Assembly: GCA_050273025.1 (NCBI GenBank)
Contig: CP158635.1
Span: 24,552,001 to 24,616,000 of the forward strand
Direction of reading: 5' to 3'
DNA length: 64,000 bases
From: Cenococcum geophilum
Taxonomy: Eukaryota
The notes under the pieces are model-generated. The model did no database searches. It was not told the origin of the DNA and worked only from the letters and a program-made list of their open reading frames with translations. The translations under genes were made by a program, and so were the position numbers. Positions 39,552 through 53,857 of this stretch are shown here, piece after piece. Position 1 is the first letter of the stretch, and each line of letters begins with the position of its first letter.

Positions 39552-42500
39552 TGTTACGGACGCTTTAAGTACGATGTTATAACTACTTGGAGAAGAGACG
39601 GAAGAAGCTAGTTAGTTAATTTAGGCACGGTCCAGGATGGAGCCGATAGAACTATGTGACGAGGAATAGTAACCAAGGTCACATAATGTGCTACGTATTA
39701 AACGAGAGGAACAAGAGGAACTCACGTACCTTACGTATAAGACGTACATTACGTATAAGAAGGATTTTATAGGAGTACGGTTGTGTATTTAAGGACCCTT
39801 AGTCCCTACCTAGATAGTTCCTTCTTTATAGTAATTCTCAGAATACAATTAGAGTTAATCTATTAGGTAACTACTCCACTAGTTATTATTACGTTGTTAA
39901 CTTTTATACTTGCATTTCCTATATACCTAGCCTAATAATAAGCCCATCGTAGTTCTTACTACAAGGTTCCATTATACAATCACTACCTAGTTACGGTATT
40001 AATATAAGAAGTTAAACAACATGCTACTAAAAGCAGCCACTATAATGCCATTGACGGCAGTAACTACTTTAAGGATAGGAGGTGATACCAGTATGGCAGA
40101 TACTGACTTATAGCAACCTATGACGGTTAGACAGCTACAGGAAATAGTTAACTAGCTAATAGCTAATAATATAGTGTTAGAAGAAAGACTTAACGGGATA
40201 GGAGCAGCAAAGATTAAGCTACTATTAATTAAGAGATTTACAGGAAAGAGGTTAAAGCTTAAAGGATTCCTTACGTAAATGCACTTTAAGGTCTCATAAG
40301 AGGGAGTAAAGTTACCTACACCCGTAGACCGGATAGCCTATACAGGACTATTCTTATTAGGAAAAGCACTTAAGTGGTTTAAATCTTACCTTACGGAGAT
40401 ATAGGTAAATGGAATGACGACCATTAACTAAGATGTGCGATTTATATTCTTAAGTTAGGAAGAATTTATAGAACGACTTACGCAGATATTTAGAGACCCG
40501 GAAGAAATAACTACAGTAAAAAAAAAACTCTAGAACCTCGTGTAATAAACTTTAGTAATTAAGTATATAATATAGTTCTAGACGCTAGTAATATAAGTAA
40601 AGTGGAATAATAGGGCGCTTATGGTACAGTATAAATAGGGACTTAAGGCTAAAGTCCAGAACGTAATTATTCTGATAGAAGATATGGATACCCTAAGGGA
40701 ACTAATAGATTAGGTAATTAAGATTAATAATTGGATCTACCAAAGGGAATAGGCTAAGAGAGGCTAGGATAGAGTTCCATAGTTGTATAAGGTATAGAGT
40801 ACGCAACGATAAAAGCTAAGTTAGAAACTATAGTATGGCGTAGAGCTAATGGACCTAAGTGGTACTAAAGAAGCCTATAAGAAATGGAGCAAACTATAGA
40901 AACCCAGAGGATAAAGATTAAGTAATTAAAGGTCTAAGGAGCAAAGGCCGAATTAGGGATCTTAATAGCAGAAGACATTTAGGCGGACTCTATAGTAAGA
41001 GAAATGGTTTAAAGAAAGAGCTTATATAAATTGCGGAAAATAGGGTTATTATATTAGAGACTGTAGAAGTGGGCAGAGTTACTATATAGTAAAAGGCACG
41101 AGACTAGTAGACGATATATATATATAGAGGGATAATAATATACTACGAGGAACAAAAGAATGTTTAATTAGAAGTTTTGCGTTTTATTATAACAACGCAT
41201 ACCAAATTTATAAGGACGCTAAGTATAGCGCAAGCTATTAGCTATAAGAGCTAGCACCTATAGGATATAGAGGAACTAACGAACTAGTTCGCAGATTGGA
41301 TATTAAGGATGATAAGTTTAACCTAGGCGAAATATTCCGTAACGATAAGGCAATAAGGGCCGCTTACTAGGAGCGAGTAGACCTTAAAAATATTATACTA
41401 AAGGTAGAGGATGATTCCACTATAGAATAAGGAACATTAGTAGGGATTAAGACCCTACTAGACACGATGTCTATCGCTTTATAAGACGTAAGAGAAGTAG
41501 GACAGCAAACCACTTCAGCACTTAATAAAGGCAAAAGGCCAACAGCTTGAGATTCTTAAGACGAGATAAGGTATACCCTAGGATTTATAATAGACGAAAA
41601 CCGATGGAGCAGGGCAGCAGCTTAGTTTAGAAATATATAAATAAGCTTAGGATAAAGTTTCCCACAAACATAAGACTCTTAAGACGAGATAAGTGAGATT
41701 TAAGACTCTTAAGACGAGATAAGAACACCACGGACGCCTAGTTAGACTAAGGCGGGAGCTAAGCTTAAGTTAAAAGCAAGCTTAGGATTAAAGAATTTAA
41801 GGGACTAAGATTTCGGAGTATGAATGAGGACACCCATAGGCAAGAGGCAAGGAGCTTCTTTATAGATTAGAGAATCTGTAAAATAAATAGCAGTTAGACT
41901 AGGAGACAGATATATAGACCTAGAAGACTTACTAGGGAAACGCAGTGTTTAGCCTAAAGATTGAAAGTTTAATACTAGGATTAAGAAGTAAGATAACTTT
42001 AAGGATTAGAGCGTAAGGCGTAAACTAAAAGAAACTATAGAAGAATTTAGGCAAAGAATTATCGTATAGCAAGAATAGAAACTAGATAAGAAATCTAGTA
42101 TATTGGGACGTATAAAGGATAGAGTACTAGTACGAAGAATCACTAATAGGCCGAGAGTAGGCATACTAAGAGCTAAATGGCTTATTAAACTGGAAAATGA
42201 AGAGGATCTAGGGATTCTAACTAGGTTTGAAGAACGATATATAAAGGGCTGTTACGATGTAGTAATAAGAAGATACTTCCTTATAGATAGACCGTATACA
42301 CTCCAGCAGCTATACTAAAAGTAGTATAGGCAAAGGCATAATGATAAGTGGGAAGATTTCTATATATAGTTGGATGAAAAAGTTATCTAGGACTACCTAA
42401 TTATAGAAAAGGCTATAACGCATATTAAAGGAGCCTTAATTATAATGTTAAAGGATCTAAAGGAATGTTTAGAGGACTGGAAAAGCAAGAGACGTATCTT

Positions 42501-45500
42501 AGTACCTGCGAATAAAGTTATAATATTTAGATTAGTACGATAAAGGTTTGAACTTAGGGACGAAGATAAGCTAAGAGTTAACCTAAAGTACCTAGTACAC
42601 TATATATTATCATAGATTGCGTATGTGGATGATATATATAAAATATATAAGAATCCAAAGGAAAAGAATTGGAAATACCCTATAAGAATATACTGGATAA
42701 TGGATAAGCAATAGTACAGGAATGCTAAATATATATATAGATGGCATCTAGTAAAGGTCTAAGAGGAAGGAAGCGTAGTACTTTAACCAGGAAGATTCCT
42801 TACGGAAGAATGCTTAGACGGACAATAGTAGTGGGAATGCCTAGAAAACACGTGTCTATAGCATATTAAAGATAAAAAGCGAACTAGGTATTGGCTAAAG
42901 AGCGAGCTAAGTGCACTAGGATTAAGCAGCTAATAGTTAGGAAAAGTAGAGGCCTATGGGACTAGAGGGAGCTAGTGATAGAGCCTTAGACCCTTAAAGG
43001 AATTTAAGGACGACACCTAAATTTACGAATTAATTGGTAAGATCAGCAGTTCGAAGCGCTAATAGATAGTAGAGTAACGCGAAACCATATCTTATTAGTA
43101 GCAGTTAAGAGAATAGGACTACCTTATAGATAAAAGGAGTAACCTTACCTATTAGTTACGATTTTAGGGGATCTAATAACCTATAGAGGAGGGATTATTA
43201 ATCTTAAAATAGGACCTATTTAGATAACTATTAAAGGAAGATAAATTAAGATGTCTTTTAATATCCTATTATTAGGACGGGACGAGGTAGTATTAAGTAT
43301 GCCTTGGTTATAAGAATATAATCTAAGGATCGATTAGATTACAGGTTAGGTTGATATTAGAGATACTTAACGCCGTAAGATATAACAATAAGCTAAGTTA
43401 GTATAGTACTAAGTAGGAGTAACCTACGAAGAAACAGAAAAAGGACTAAGTTATATACCAAAGAGATACTATAAGTATGGCAAAAAACTATAGTCACTAG
43501 AAAGTAAAAAGCTATTAAAATATATAGCATGGGACCATAAAATAGAATTAAAACCAGGAATAAGTCTAAAGTTCTTTCCAATCTATAAGCTTACCGAAGA
43601 AGAAGGTAGAGCATTAAAAGAGTTTGTCTAGGAAAATCTATAAAAGGGATACATTAGACCATCGCAATTATTAGCGGGTTATCCAGTACTATTTATACTA
43701 AAGAAAAATGGTAAACTAAGGCTGTGTATTAACTATAGACAGTTAAACAGCATCACTAGGAAGGATAGGTATCCTTTACCCTTAATTAGCGAAATCTAAA
43801 ACAGGATAGGCAATGCGCAAATCTTTACGAAGATAGATCTAAGATAGGCGTACTATTAGATTAGGATTAAGGAAGGCGATAAATAAAAGGCAGCCTTTAG
43901 GTTAAAGGAAGGACTATATAAACTATTAGTTATATAATTTAGGCTTATAAACGCACTAGCAACGTTCTAGAAACGTATTAATAATGTATTAGAAAAATAC
44001 TTAGATGAATTTGTTATAGTATATTTTAACAATATTATAATCTACTTAATAATTAAGAAAGAATACGGGGAATACGTTAAATAGGTTTTAAAGAGACTAC
44101 AAAAAGAACAGATGCCAGTAGCAATTAAGAAATGCGAGTTCTTTACTAGAAAGACCGATTTTATTAGATTTATTATTGAACTAGGCCAACTTAGTATAGA
44201 TCTAAAAAAGATTAAGGCTATAGTGAATTGGCAGGAACTAGAGAACGTTATATAGTTAAGATTATTTCTAGGGTTTTGTAATTACTACAGAAGGTTTATA
44301 GCATAGTAGTTAAAGGACATTAAGCCATTTACGCGGTTAATAAAGAAAGAAGAACTATAGGTATAGGGAGAGGAGTAAAGAGAACTCTTTAAGAAAGTTA
44401 AAGAGTTGTTCACCTAGGAGCCAGTTCTTAAAATCTATTAACTAGGACTAGAGACGGTTATAGAGACAGATATATTAGACTATACACTAGGGGCGTGCTT
44501 TATATAAAGGTATTAAGATAGATAGCACCTAGTGGCATACTATAGTCGGAAGATAACACTACTAGAGTTAAACTATAACATCTATAACAAGGAGTTATTA
44601 GGTATAGTTATAGCATTAAAGAAATAAAGGGCATTTTTATAAGGTATAGAGAAACTATTTGTAGTTAAGACGGATTATAAGAACCTAATAGGATTCCTAA
44701 TAACAAAGGAACTTAACTAAAGATAGGTTAGATGGGCAGAAATGCTTACGGAATACTATTTTGAGATTTAGTATACTAAAGGTATAGACAATACGCGGGC
44801 AGATACTCTAAGCCGTAAAGCTAAACTATAAAATAAGGAAAAGCCATTAGGGGCTTTATTACGAAAAGATATAGACAGATTAATTAGGTATAATTATCCG
44901 AAAATTGTAGTAACTTAAGGAGATAATAAACTAGAGAAAGTCTACGAGATACCGGAAAGCTTTTAGGTATAAAGAATTCTAGAAGCATAGCTAGAAGATC
45001 TATAGACGGATATATATGAAAATCGAGAAGTGAAGTATATCCTAAGAAGTATAGTAGAGTAGTTTATGGAAGACTTCTATAAGGGACTAACTTAAGGACA
45101 TAATGGGGCTATAGGCTTAGTGTTGAGACTCTAGGAGGAATATATTATTAATAGAATCTAAAGGATAGCTAGAAAAGTTATAAAGGAATATTTAGATTGC
45201 TAAAGGAATAAACTGATGAGGTATAAGCTATATGGAGGGCTATAACCTATTAAAATACTAGAGAGACCATGGGAGGTTATATTATAGGACTTTATTATTA
45301 AGTTACTAAAATTAAAAGACCCTATTACCGGACAAGATTATAACGTGATCTTAGTAATAGTGGATAAGCTTACAAAGTGGGGATACTTTATAGCATATAT
45401 AGAAAAAATCTCAGTGGAAGATGTCGCTAGAATCTATGTTAAAGAAGTGTTTATAAGATATAGAGCACTAAGTAAGATTATATCGGATAGAGATCTAAGA

Positions 45501-47472
45501 TTTATAGCAGCATTTTAGGAAGTGTTCTTAGCGGAGCAAGAAGTTTAAGTAGCAACTTTTACCGTATATTATCCACAAACAGACGGTTAAACGGAAAGAT
45601 TAAACTAGATACTAGAATAATATCTAAGGTATTATATTAATTATATATAGAATAATTAGGTATCACTATTACTAGTTATATAGTTTGTATATAATATAAC
45701 ACCTTAAAAAGGAATAGGCATATTACTATTTAAGGCAAATTATGGATATAAGCTAAGAATATTATTATTACTATAGTAAGTAAAGAAAACAAGTAATATA
45801 GCTAAAGAAAGAATAAAGGATTTAATAAATCTTTATATAGACCTTATAGAGACAGCTAAGGTAGTATAGCAGAGAATGAAAAAGTACTATAATGCTAAGA
45901 GATCTAAGGGACCAGATCTTAAGGAGGGAGATAAAGTGTAGCTACTATACAAAAATTTTAAAAGTTAATGACTAAGTAAGAAATTAAACTACGTTAGACT
46001 AGGACCTTTTAAAATTATATAGAGGATTTCACTGGTTACGTTTAAGTTAAACCTACTAGCTAAAATAAAGATCTACCCTATACAGCATATTATAATGCTA
46101 GAGCTAGTATATAGGAATGTTAAGCTATTGGTCTATAAAGCAGACACGTATAAAGGATAAGAAGAAGACAAATAGTAAGTTTTAAAGGTCGTTAATTATA
46201 AGGACATTGATAACGAAATATAGTACGAGGTTAAGTGGATAGGCTACACTAAGACTACCTAGGAGCTATTAAAGAATTTAAAGAACGCTATAGGAAAGGT
46301 ACAGGAGTATTAGAAGAGATTAGGTTAGGCAGTATTAATAAAAAAGGATCGCTAAAGAATAAGTTACCTAAGGGGGACCTAAGAAGAGCAGTTACTGAAC
46401 TACTTAGATCTATTTCCTTCTCTATTAGAGGAGAATTCGTTCTTTTATTACCTAGTTCCTGTAGACCTTATTTTATAAGTTTCTACTCCTTAGAACGAAC
46501 CTTTTTATAACCCTTTTTAAGACGAAGCAGATAAGTAGACGCTATAATTTAAGTATTTAGGGCCTTCTGTTCCACGTTATAAGAACGTTCCAACTTAGTA
46601 AGGGCTTATAATAGTTTACCATCTAGCTGTATAGTAGCAGATTAAATATAAGACCCTAAGATAAATTAATTAAGGAACCAGACGACTATTAAGAGTAATA
46701 GGTTGCGTATATTTAGCATTAAAAGTAAAGCGAACGTTATAGGACAAATAAATATTCGCTTTAGTATACTTTAAGTAAGAGGACGGTTATCGCGAAGATG
46801 GGTTCGCTAACGCAATATAAACTAATCCCTCTTTTAAATAACAAGAATATGGGGACGGTATAATCTTACTAAGAGATAGTATTGCAGCAATAGTGCGAGC
46901 ACGACGTTAGGCGTATGAAGAAGAAATTACTTTAGGTATAATAAGCAATAATATTAACTAAATTAATTAGACGGATATTACACCTCTAGTAAACGACTTA
47001 GAGATATTTTAAATCTTTAAGGATAAAGATAAAGAGGAGGGAGATGGTGTTACGGACGCTTTAAGTACGATATTACGACTACTTGGAGAAGAGACGAAAG
47101 AAGCTAGTTAATTAATTTAGGTACGGTCTAGGATGGAGCCAATAGAACTATGTGATAAGGAATAGTAACCGAGGTTATATAATGTGCTATGTATTAAACA
47201 AAAGAAACAAGAGGAACTTACGTACCTTATATATAAGACGTATATTACGTATAAGAAGGATTTTATAGGAGTACGGTTGTGTATTTAAGGACTCTTAGTC
47301 CCTACCTAGATAGTTCCTTCTTTATAGTAATTCTTAGAATACAATTGGAGTTAATCTATTGGGCAACCACTCCACCAGTTGTTATTACGTTGTTGACTTT
47401 TGTACTTGCATTTCCTACACACCTAGCCCAATAACGAGCCCATCGTAGTTCTTGCTACAAGGTTCCGTTATA
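39552..47472 (+). mobile_element. Full-length chromodomain gypsy D, copy 1
   Basis: 425-bp LTRs at 39552-39976 and 47048-47472; TSD AAGCC. Long gag at ~40021-42977, pol at ~42980-46355 and PPT AAAGAGGAGGGAGATGG. Confidence 0.96.
46260..46939 (-). pseudogene. Antisense accessory gene of gypsy D1 (Zn2Cys6-like motif and coiled coil; intron 46656-46710)
   Basis: Same two-exon frame as 54391-55074; RIP-damaged; stop position uncertain. Confidence 0.7.
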
Positions 47473-50400
47473 AAGCCCAGCCGAATGCAACTACGAGATC
47501 TACGATAAGGAATTATTAGCTATTATTAGATATTTTAAACAATAGCGACCCGAACTAGAAGGCGCTGGATTTCTAATTAAGGTCCTTAGCAACTATAAGA
47601 ACCTATAATACTTTACAACCACGAAACAGCTAAGTTATTATTAGGCCCGCTAGTTAGAATATCTATCTCGTTTCTAATTCTTAATTATATACCGCCTAGG
47701 CGTCTAAGGTTAGAAGCCTAATACCCTAACCTGACGCTTATAAGACGCGCCAGCCCTAAAAGAAGCGCGCTCTTACTAAAATCAGACCCTACTTCGCCCT
47801 AAACTATTTAACCCTCCTACTAAAGATCTTATGGTACTCGTCCTTAAAATAACTAATTAATTAATTAAATAGATTATAGTTAATAAATACCCAAATAACG
47901 AGTTTATTTAAGAGACGCTTAAGTTAATATAAGATAGCATTAGACGCTCTAAAAAGATTTCTCTAAGTAAATACGAAGCCCGCGGAAACCGCTTATATTA
48001 CTAGAACTGTCTAGTTATCCCTAATTATAATAAGCTTAAGCTTAAACTCTTTAAATACGTATATAATCTACCTGTCGCTAGCCACCCGGGCTAAGGGAAG
48101 ACCCTAGAACTACTCTAACGGGAGTATTATTAGCCGAATATATATAATATAACACGAAGGTACGTCTCTAGCTACTATATCTGTTAATAAGCTAAAGCTT
48201 TGTATAAGACGTACAACGGCCTTTTAAAGCCACTGCCTGTTCCGGACTAAAGATGGAAGGATATCTTAATTAACTTTATTATTAATCTCCCCGTAAGTAA
48301 AGGCTGCATAAATATTATAGTAGTTGTAGACCGACTGTCTAAAATGAGACACTTAATCGCGTACCCCGATATATTAATACTTACCATCGCCCGACTATTC
48401 CTAGATTATATATAGAAACTCCACGGACTCCCCAAAACGATTATCTCTAATAAAGGTAGCTAGTTTGTCTCTGTATTTTAGGAAGAACTAACTACCCAAC
48501 TCTATATTAAAGCACTATTATCTACAGCATACTACCCGGAAACGGATAGTTAAACGGAATATATAAATGCTATAATGGAATAGTATATCCGGATATATAC
48601 GTTGTACTTATAAGATGACTGGATTAACTAGCTTGTATTCACCAAGTTTACGGCAAATAATTCCGTCTCGGAAACTATAAAGGTCTCCCCGTTCCTAGCT
48701 AACTACGGCTAGCATTCACGAATGGGCTTTAAACCCTTTAGCAACGTTCCTTATCTTGCTTACTAAGCCTTATAAGTCGCAGAAGTAAATAAATTTGTAA
48801 AAAAGATGGAGGAACTGCAATAGTTCCTTACTAACAAAATAATATGGGCCTAATCTGTCTACGAAGCCGCAGCAAATAAGAAATAAACCCTAGCACCAGC
48901 CTACTAAGTTGGTAACTTTATCTGGCTAAATATAAGAAATCTAAACATAAAACGACCTGCTAAGAAACTTAATTAGAAGAACGCTGGTCCTTATAAGGTT
49001 AAGAAGGTCGTTTCCTCTCACTCCTACTAATTAAAGCTCCCTAATACAGTTAAAATCCACCCCGTATTCTATACGTTAGTCCTCTATCCTGCTGCCCCCG
49101 TATTAGACGCCCTGCCTAGACAGATATAGGACCCTCCCCTACTAGTTAAAGTGGATAGTAAGAACGAGTACTTTGTTAAAAGAATTAATGATATTAAATA
49201 CGATAAACGGAAACGCTAATATATATATCTTATGAAATGGAGAGGCTTTACCAAGTCCTTATAGGAACCCGTTAACTCTATAGGACTTATATAAGCCGCA
49301 GAAGACTTTCACGAACTCCACCTAGAACTACTATAGCCCCATCTCGCAGAAGCTCAAGTTTAAAGGGGGGGTACTATTACGGGATACCCCTGTAACACCT
49401 TGCACACATCTACCTGTTTTTACCGACTTAGCAATTAGAGACTAACTGCAAAATGGCAATCTAATGGCAATCTAACGGCAATCTACGGCATTCTGCTATA
49501 TTCTGCTAAGTTCTACCAAATTCTGCCAAGTTCCACTGAATTCTACTAAGTTCTACCAAATTCTGCTAAGTTCTACTAGGACTACGACCTAAACCCTATT
49601 CTGCCCTATATACGTGTCGACTAAGCAACTAAGTTAATAATATATACCCTTCCTTCCTAATCTCCTACCTTCTCTCCTTATACAACGTCTTAACCTTATT
49701 ATACAGTTTATATACATAGCTTAATAATATCTACTTCGTTATATATTATTACCACTTATACTCACTCCGTGACAACTCTTATTAACTTAGTTATTTATAG
49801 CAAACTTAGTAAGCGGTAGGTAGTTAACCTAGTCGTCCTATATAAAGCTAATAAAAGCATAAAGGTATTTATTTATGGCAGTGTTAATAATTTTAGTTTG
49901 CCCGTCCGTTTCTAGGTACTAGGCTAAGCTTAGTTATAAGGTTATCTTAAGGCGTTTACTTAGTTATTTCTAAAAGTCGCTAATAAATTATATACCGTAA
50001 TTAGAGATAATTGTGCTTAGTATACTATAAAGCTTATATACGTTATTAATAAAGCTATTAACTAGCTCCTCTATTAAGAGTCCTATTACTAAAACAAGGT
50101 ATTATATTTTAGTTAGGCGGTTTATAATAATAAGGATATATTTATATACTTTACTATAGCGTTAGTATACCGGCAGCGTTATAATATAGTTAATTAAGAT
50201 ATTGGTCTATAGGCGGGTAGGTAATTCTAGTAGCTTTAGGAAACTAGGTGGGGTAAAATAGGGGGTCTTAGTATAAAAGCATAGGGTATGGTTTTTAATA
50301 AAGGTAGCTGTAAACTAGGAGATTCCTAGCTATTAGTATATTCGGTTTAAAAGGTTAAGAGTTTTAACCTAGCTAGAGTAACTAGCGGGACCGCTACTAT

Positions 50401-53400
50401 AAGAGTAATAGGTAACTTTTAGGTGGAGGTCTAGGGCGTTAGGGATAAAGAGATATTAGTAGAAGTAGATTTATTTATTAACGATACTATATTCTAACTT
50501 ATCGTAATAGAGTAATTTCCTAATCTTCTTTAGCTAATAGTAAGCTTTCTAATTACGCAGGGCTGCTATTATATTTCTTACGAGTTCGTTCTCCTAGTAT
50601 CCTAGCTAAATTAACTTATTTAGTAACTTTTTAGCTATTTTAGGGTCTAAAGCGGCTATAAACTCCGCGTTATTAGAGTTACGGGACTTATATAGTAATT
50701 CTTTTAAAATTATAAAGTTAACTTTCTAGGGCGGTATAACGACTTGGGCTCGGTAGTAGAGGCATTTATTATTAGTATCCTTAAGCCTTATTCCTAATAG
50801 CTAGCTTAGGGCATTAGGGAGCGTAGCTTTGCTGCTAGGTCTATATATAATTATAAAGTTAAACTATAAAAGGAACTCTGCCTACTAGACTTGGCGCTAG
50901 TTTAGCTACTTAGTAGTTATAAACGTCTATAGGTTTTTATAGTCGGTAATAATTTTAAACAGCTCCTTAGTCCCTTATAGCTTGGAACACTATTCCTTTA
51001 AAGCCTTAATAATAGCTAAGAGTTCTTTATTATAGATCTTATAGTTATACTCTAGCATAGAGTGCTTTATAGAGAAGAATGTAACTAGTTTTAATTTTCC
51101 GTTATTATTATATTGGGAAAGGACTCTGCTAAAAGCCTAATTTAATACGTCCGTCTCTACCACTGTTTTCTTTATATAGTTATAGTATGCTAGTACTAGT
51201 GCTAAAGTAAAGGCTCCCTTAAGGGCCTTAAACGATTTAGCTTGTTTTAGTCCCTATAGCTATCCAATATCCTTCTTTAGGAGTTTTATTATAGGTATAG
51301 TAATAGCAAAGTAGCCTTAGATAAATTATTAGTAAAAGTTTGCGAAGCTAAGAAATTGTTATAGTTCTTTAATTAATATTAGGTTCTTTTATTTCTATAA
51401 GGCCTGTACCTTCTTAAGGTCTATAGTTATACTATTAGTTAAGATAATTAAGCCGAGGTATTTTGTTTTAGTAGAGTAGAACTTAGACTTATTAATATTA
51501 ATCTAAAGTCCAGCATTGCTAAGTCTTTAGATAACTTTATTTATATACTTAGTATGCTTAGCGCGTATTTTAGAAAAGATAAGGACGTTATTAAGGTAGG
51601 TAGTATAGTAGTTATTAAGGGCGTTATATAAAATATAGTTAATATAGTTCTAAAATATAGCGGGTGTATTATAGAGGCTAAATAGTATAACTAGTATTTT
51701 ATAGAGTCTAAACTGGGTAATAAATGCTATAAGCTACTTATAGCCCTCTATAATCCAGATTTAGTTAAACGCAGTAATTATATTAAGTTTAGTAAAGTGC
51801 TTAGCACTATAAAGTACGTTAAGTGTCTTGTGGATTAGTAGCAGTGGGTATTAATTCTTAATAGTAACTATGTTTAGGCCTTAGTAGTTATAATAGATTT
51901 ATATACCGCTATTAGGCTTAGTAGCGAGGAGGAGTAATACGGTAGCTAGTAAGGTTAATTTGCAGATAAAACCCTTATCTAGTATCTTATTAATCCACTT
52001 TTTTATATACCTAAGTTTAGTAGGTAAGAGTAGTCTATTTTTATAGTATAGGGCCTAGTTTCTAAGGGTAATCTTAATTTTATAGTCTTATGGTTAGTAA
52101 AGGGGCAGCTTATCTATATTTTTAGGGAGGAAGTACTTAATATATTTACTAAACTCCTTTAGTAGGCATTGTAAAATATCTTCGCGGGTTAATCCTGATT
52201 TGCCTTTTAGGAATTTTTTAATATTAGTGTTAACTATCTTCTAACATAAAAGCTTAGGTTTAGTTTTTAGATTTATTTTAAGGAAGTTATAGAAATAGGG
52301 GGGAAGCACTTTTTATAGGCTTCCTTTATTATATAGTCGCCTTCTACTAGCCGGCAGAAAGACCTTTTTAATAGGTTTAGTACTTCTATTAGGCCTATAG
52401 GCAGCTCTTTAAGTAGCTATTAGTGCTTATCTTATTTAACTAATTCTATTAGCTCCGCTATATAAATCCTTATTACCTTTACGTCTTTTTTTTTATAGAA
52501 TTAGGTAAAATTAATAGTATAAGTATATTTAATATTGTCTAGGTTAGGGCGTATCTAGTTCTTTAGTACTATAGCTAGGCTAATACGGCTTAGTTAGCCT
52601 AGGGGGGCGGAAATAAAGCGGTAGCTTTATACGGTACGCGCGGGAGATAGGTATAAGGTTAGGCGTTATAGTGGCGTAGTTTCTATTATCTAGATCTTAG
52701 TAGTTTTATAGCTAGTCCTTACTATAACGCGGGCTATAGTATGCGTATATAGTATATGGCTTAGTTCTAGGTATTAGGCTAGGCGGCTAGGGTTTAAATA
52801 GTACCTAGGTTAAGGTTAGATTTTTAGTAGTAGTAGTATAAAGCAGACCTTCTTTCTTAGTCTCGGTAGGGCTAGCTAGCCCATTATTTTGGTTTTAAGT
52901 ATTAAGGTAGTCTAGTCTTCTACTATTTTATTTCTTTGCAGCTATATAGGCTCCTCTTTATTAGAAACGTCTTCTACTATTAGGGCTTTATATATAGTCC
53001 TAGGCACTAGGCTTAGTAATACTAAGTATCTATATAGGGCGTCCCTACTAACGTCAGTTATCCCCTACGGGAGGTAGTGCCTAAAGTAGTAATCTAAGTT
53101 AAAGCGGATTTTAAGTTTCCTAAAGCTAGGACGGGGCTTATACTTCTAAAGCTAGGGTATACTTAGAATAATTAGGGTAGTAGGTAAGAGTTTAGTAACG
53201 AAAAAGAGTATAGCTTTAGTATAGAGGCTAATTAATATTTAGGCGGTAAAGTAGTCTGTAATAAGCGAAGTTAGAATGCTATCTGCGAGGCGTAGTAGCC
53301 TAGGTGCTAGCAGCTTCTTAGTTATAACGTTATACTTTCTTATAATAGACTCTATATTAGTAAATGCTATTATAGTACTACTGGAGTCTATTAGGCTTAC

Positions 53401-53857
53401 TATATTAATATAAACTTAGGGGTATAGGTTACGTAATAAGGAGAGTTAGGTTTAAATAAGGATTAATTTCTTGTTACTATTTGCTGATTTAAGATTAAGT
53501 AGTAGTTTACTAATAGAAAGGATTAATTAATTTAGTAATAAGGACCTAATCTTCTCGTCTTCCTCCTTATATAATTTAGACCCTTAGACGCGACTTAGTT
53601 TAAAGGTTTACCTTTTAACAACTAGGGTATGGGGCTGTCTTAGTAGGGTAGTTTAGTATCCGTCTAGCTAGTAGTGTTAGTCTTAGTTTTAGTTAGAGTA
53701 TAAAAAGACAATACCTTGCTAATAATATAGCTATATTTATATTTACTAGCGCAAAGTCGCTAATACTAGGCGTTGTTAACGGGTTAGGCTCCTATATAGG
53801 GTATAGTTTAAAGTAACTAAGCCGTAGGATTAAAGGGGGGGGTTGTTTAATATAGCT

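Larger units (their letters stand above)
35825..49774 (+). mobile_element. Full-length chromodomain gypsy C, interrupted by D1
   Basis: 400-bp LTRs at 35825-36224 and 49375-49774; TSD ACTCT. gag ATG at 36260, CFKCGS knuckle at ~37220, RT YIDDIL at 39012 and chromodomain YFVERI..YLMKWRG at ~49170. Confidence 0.96.
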
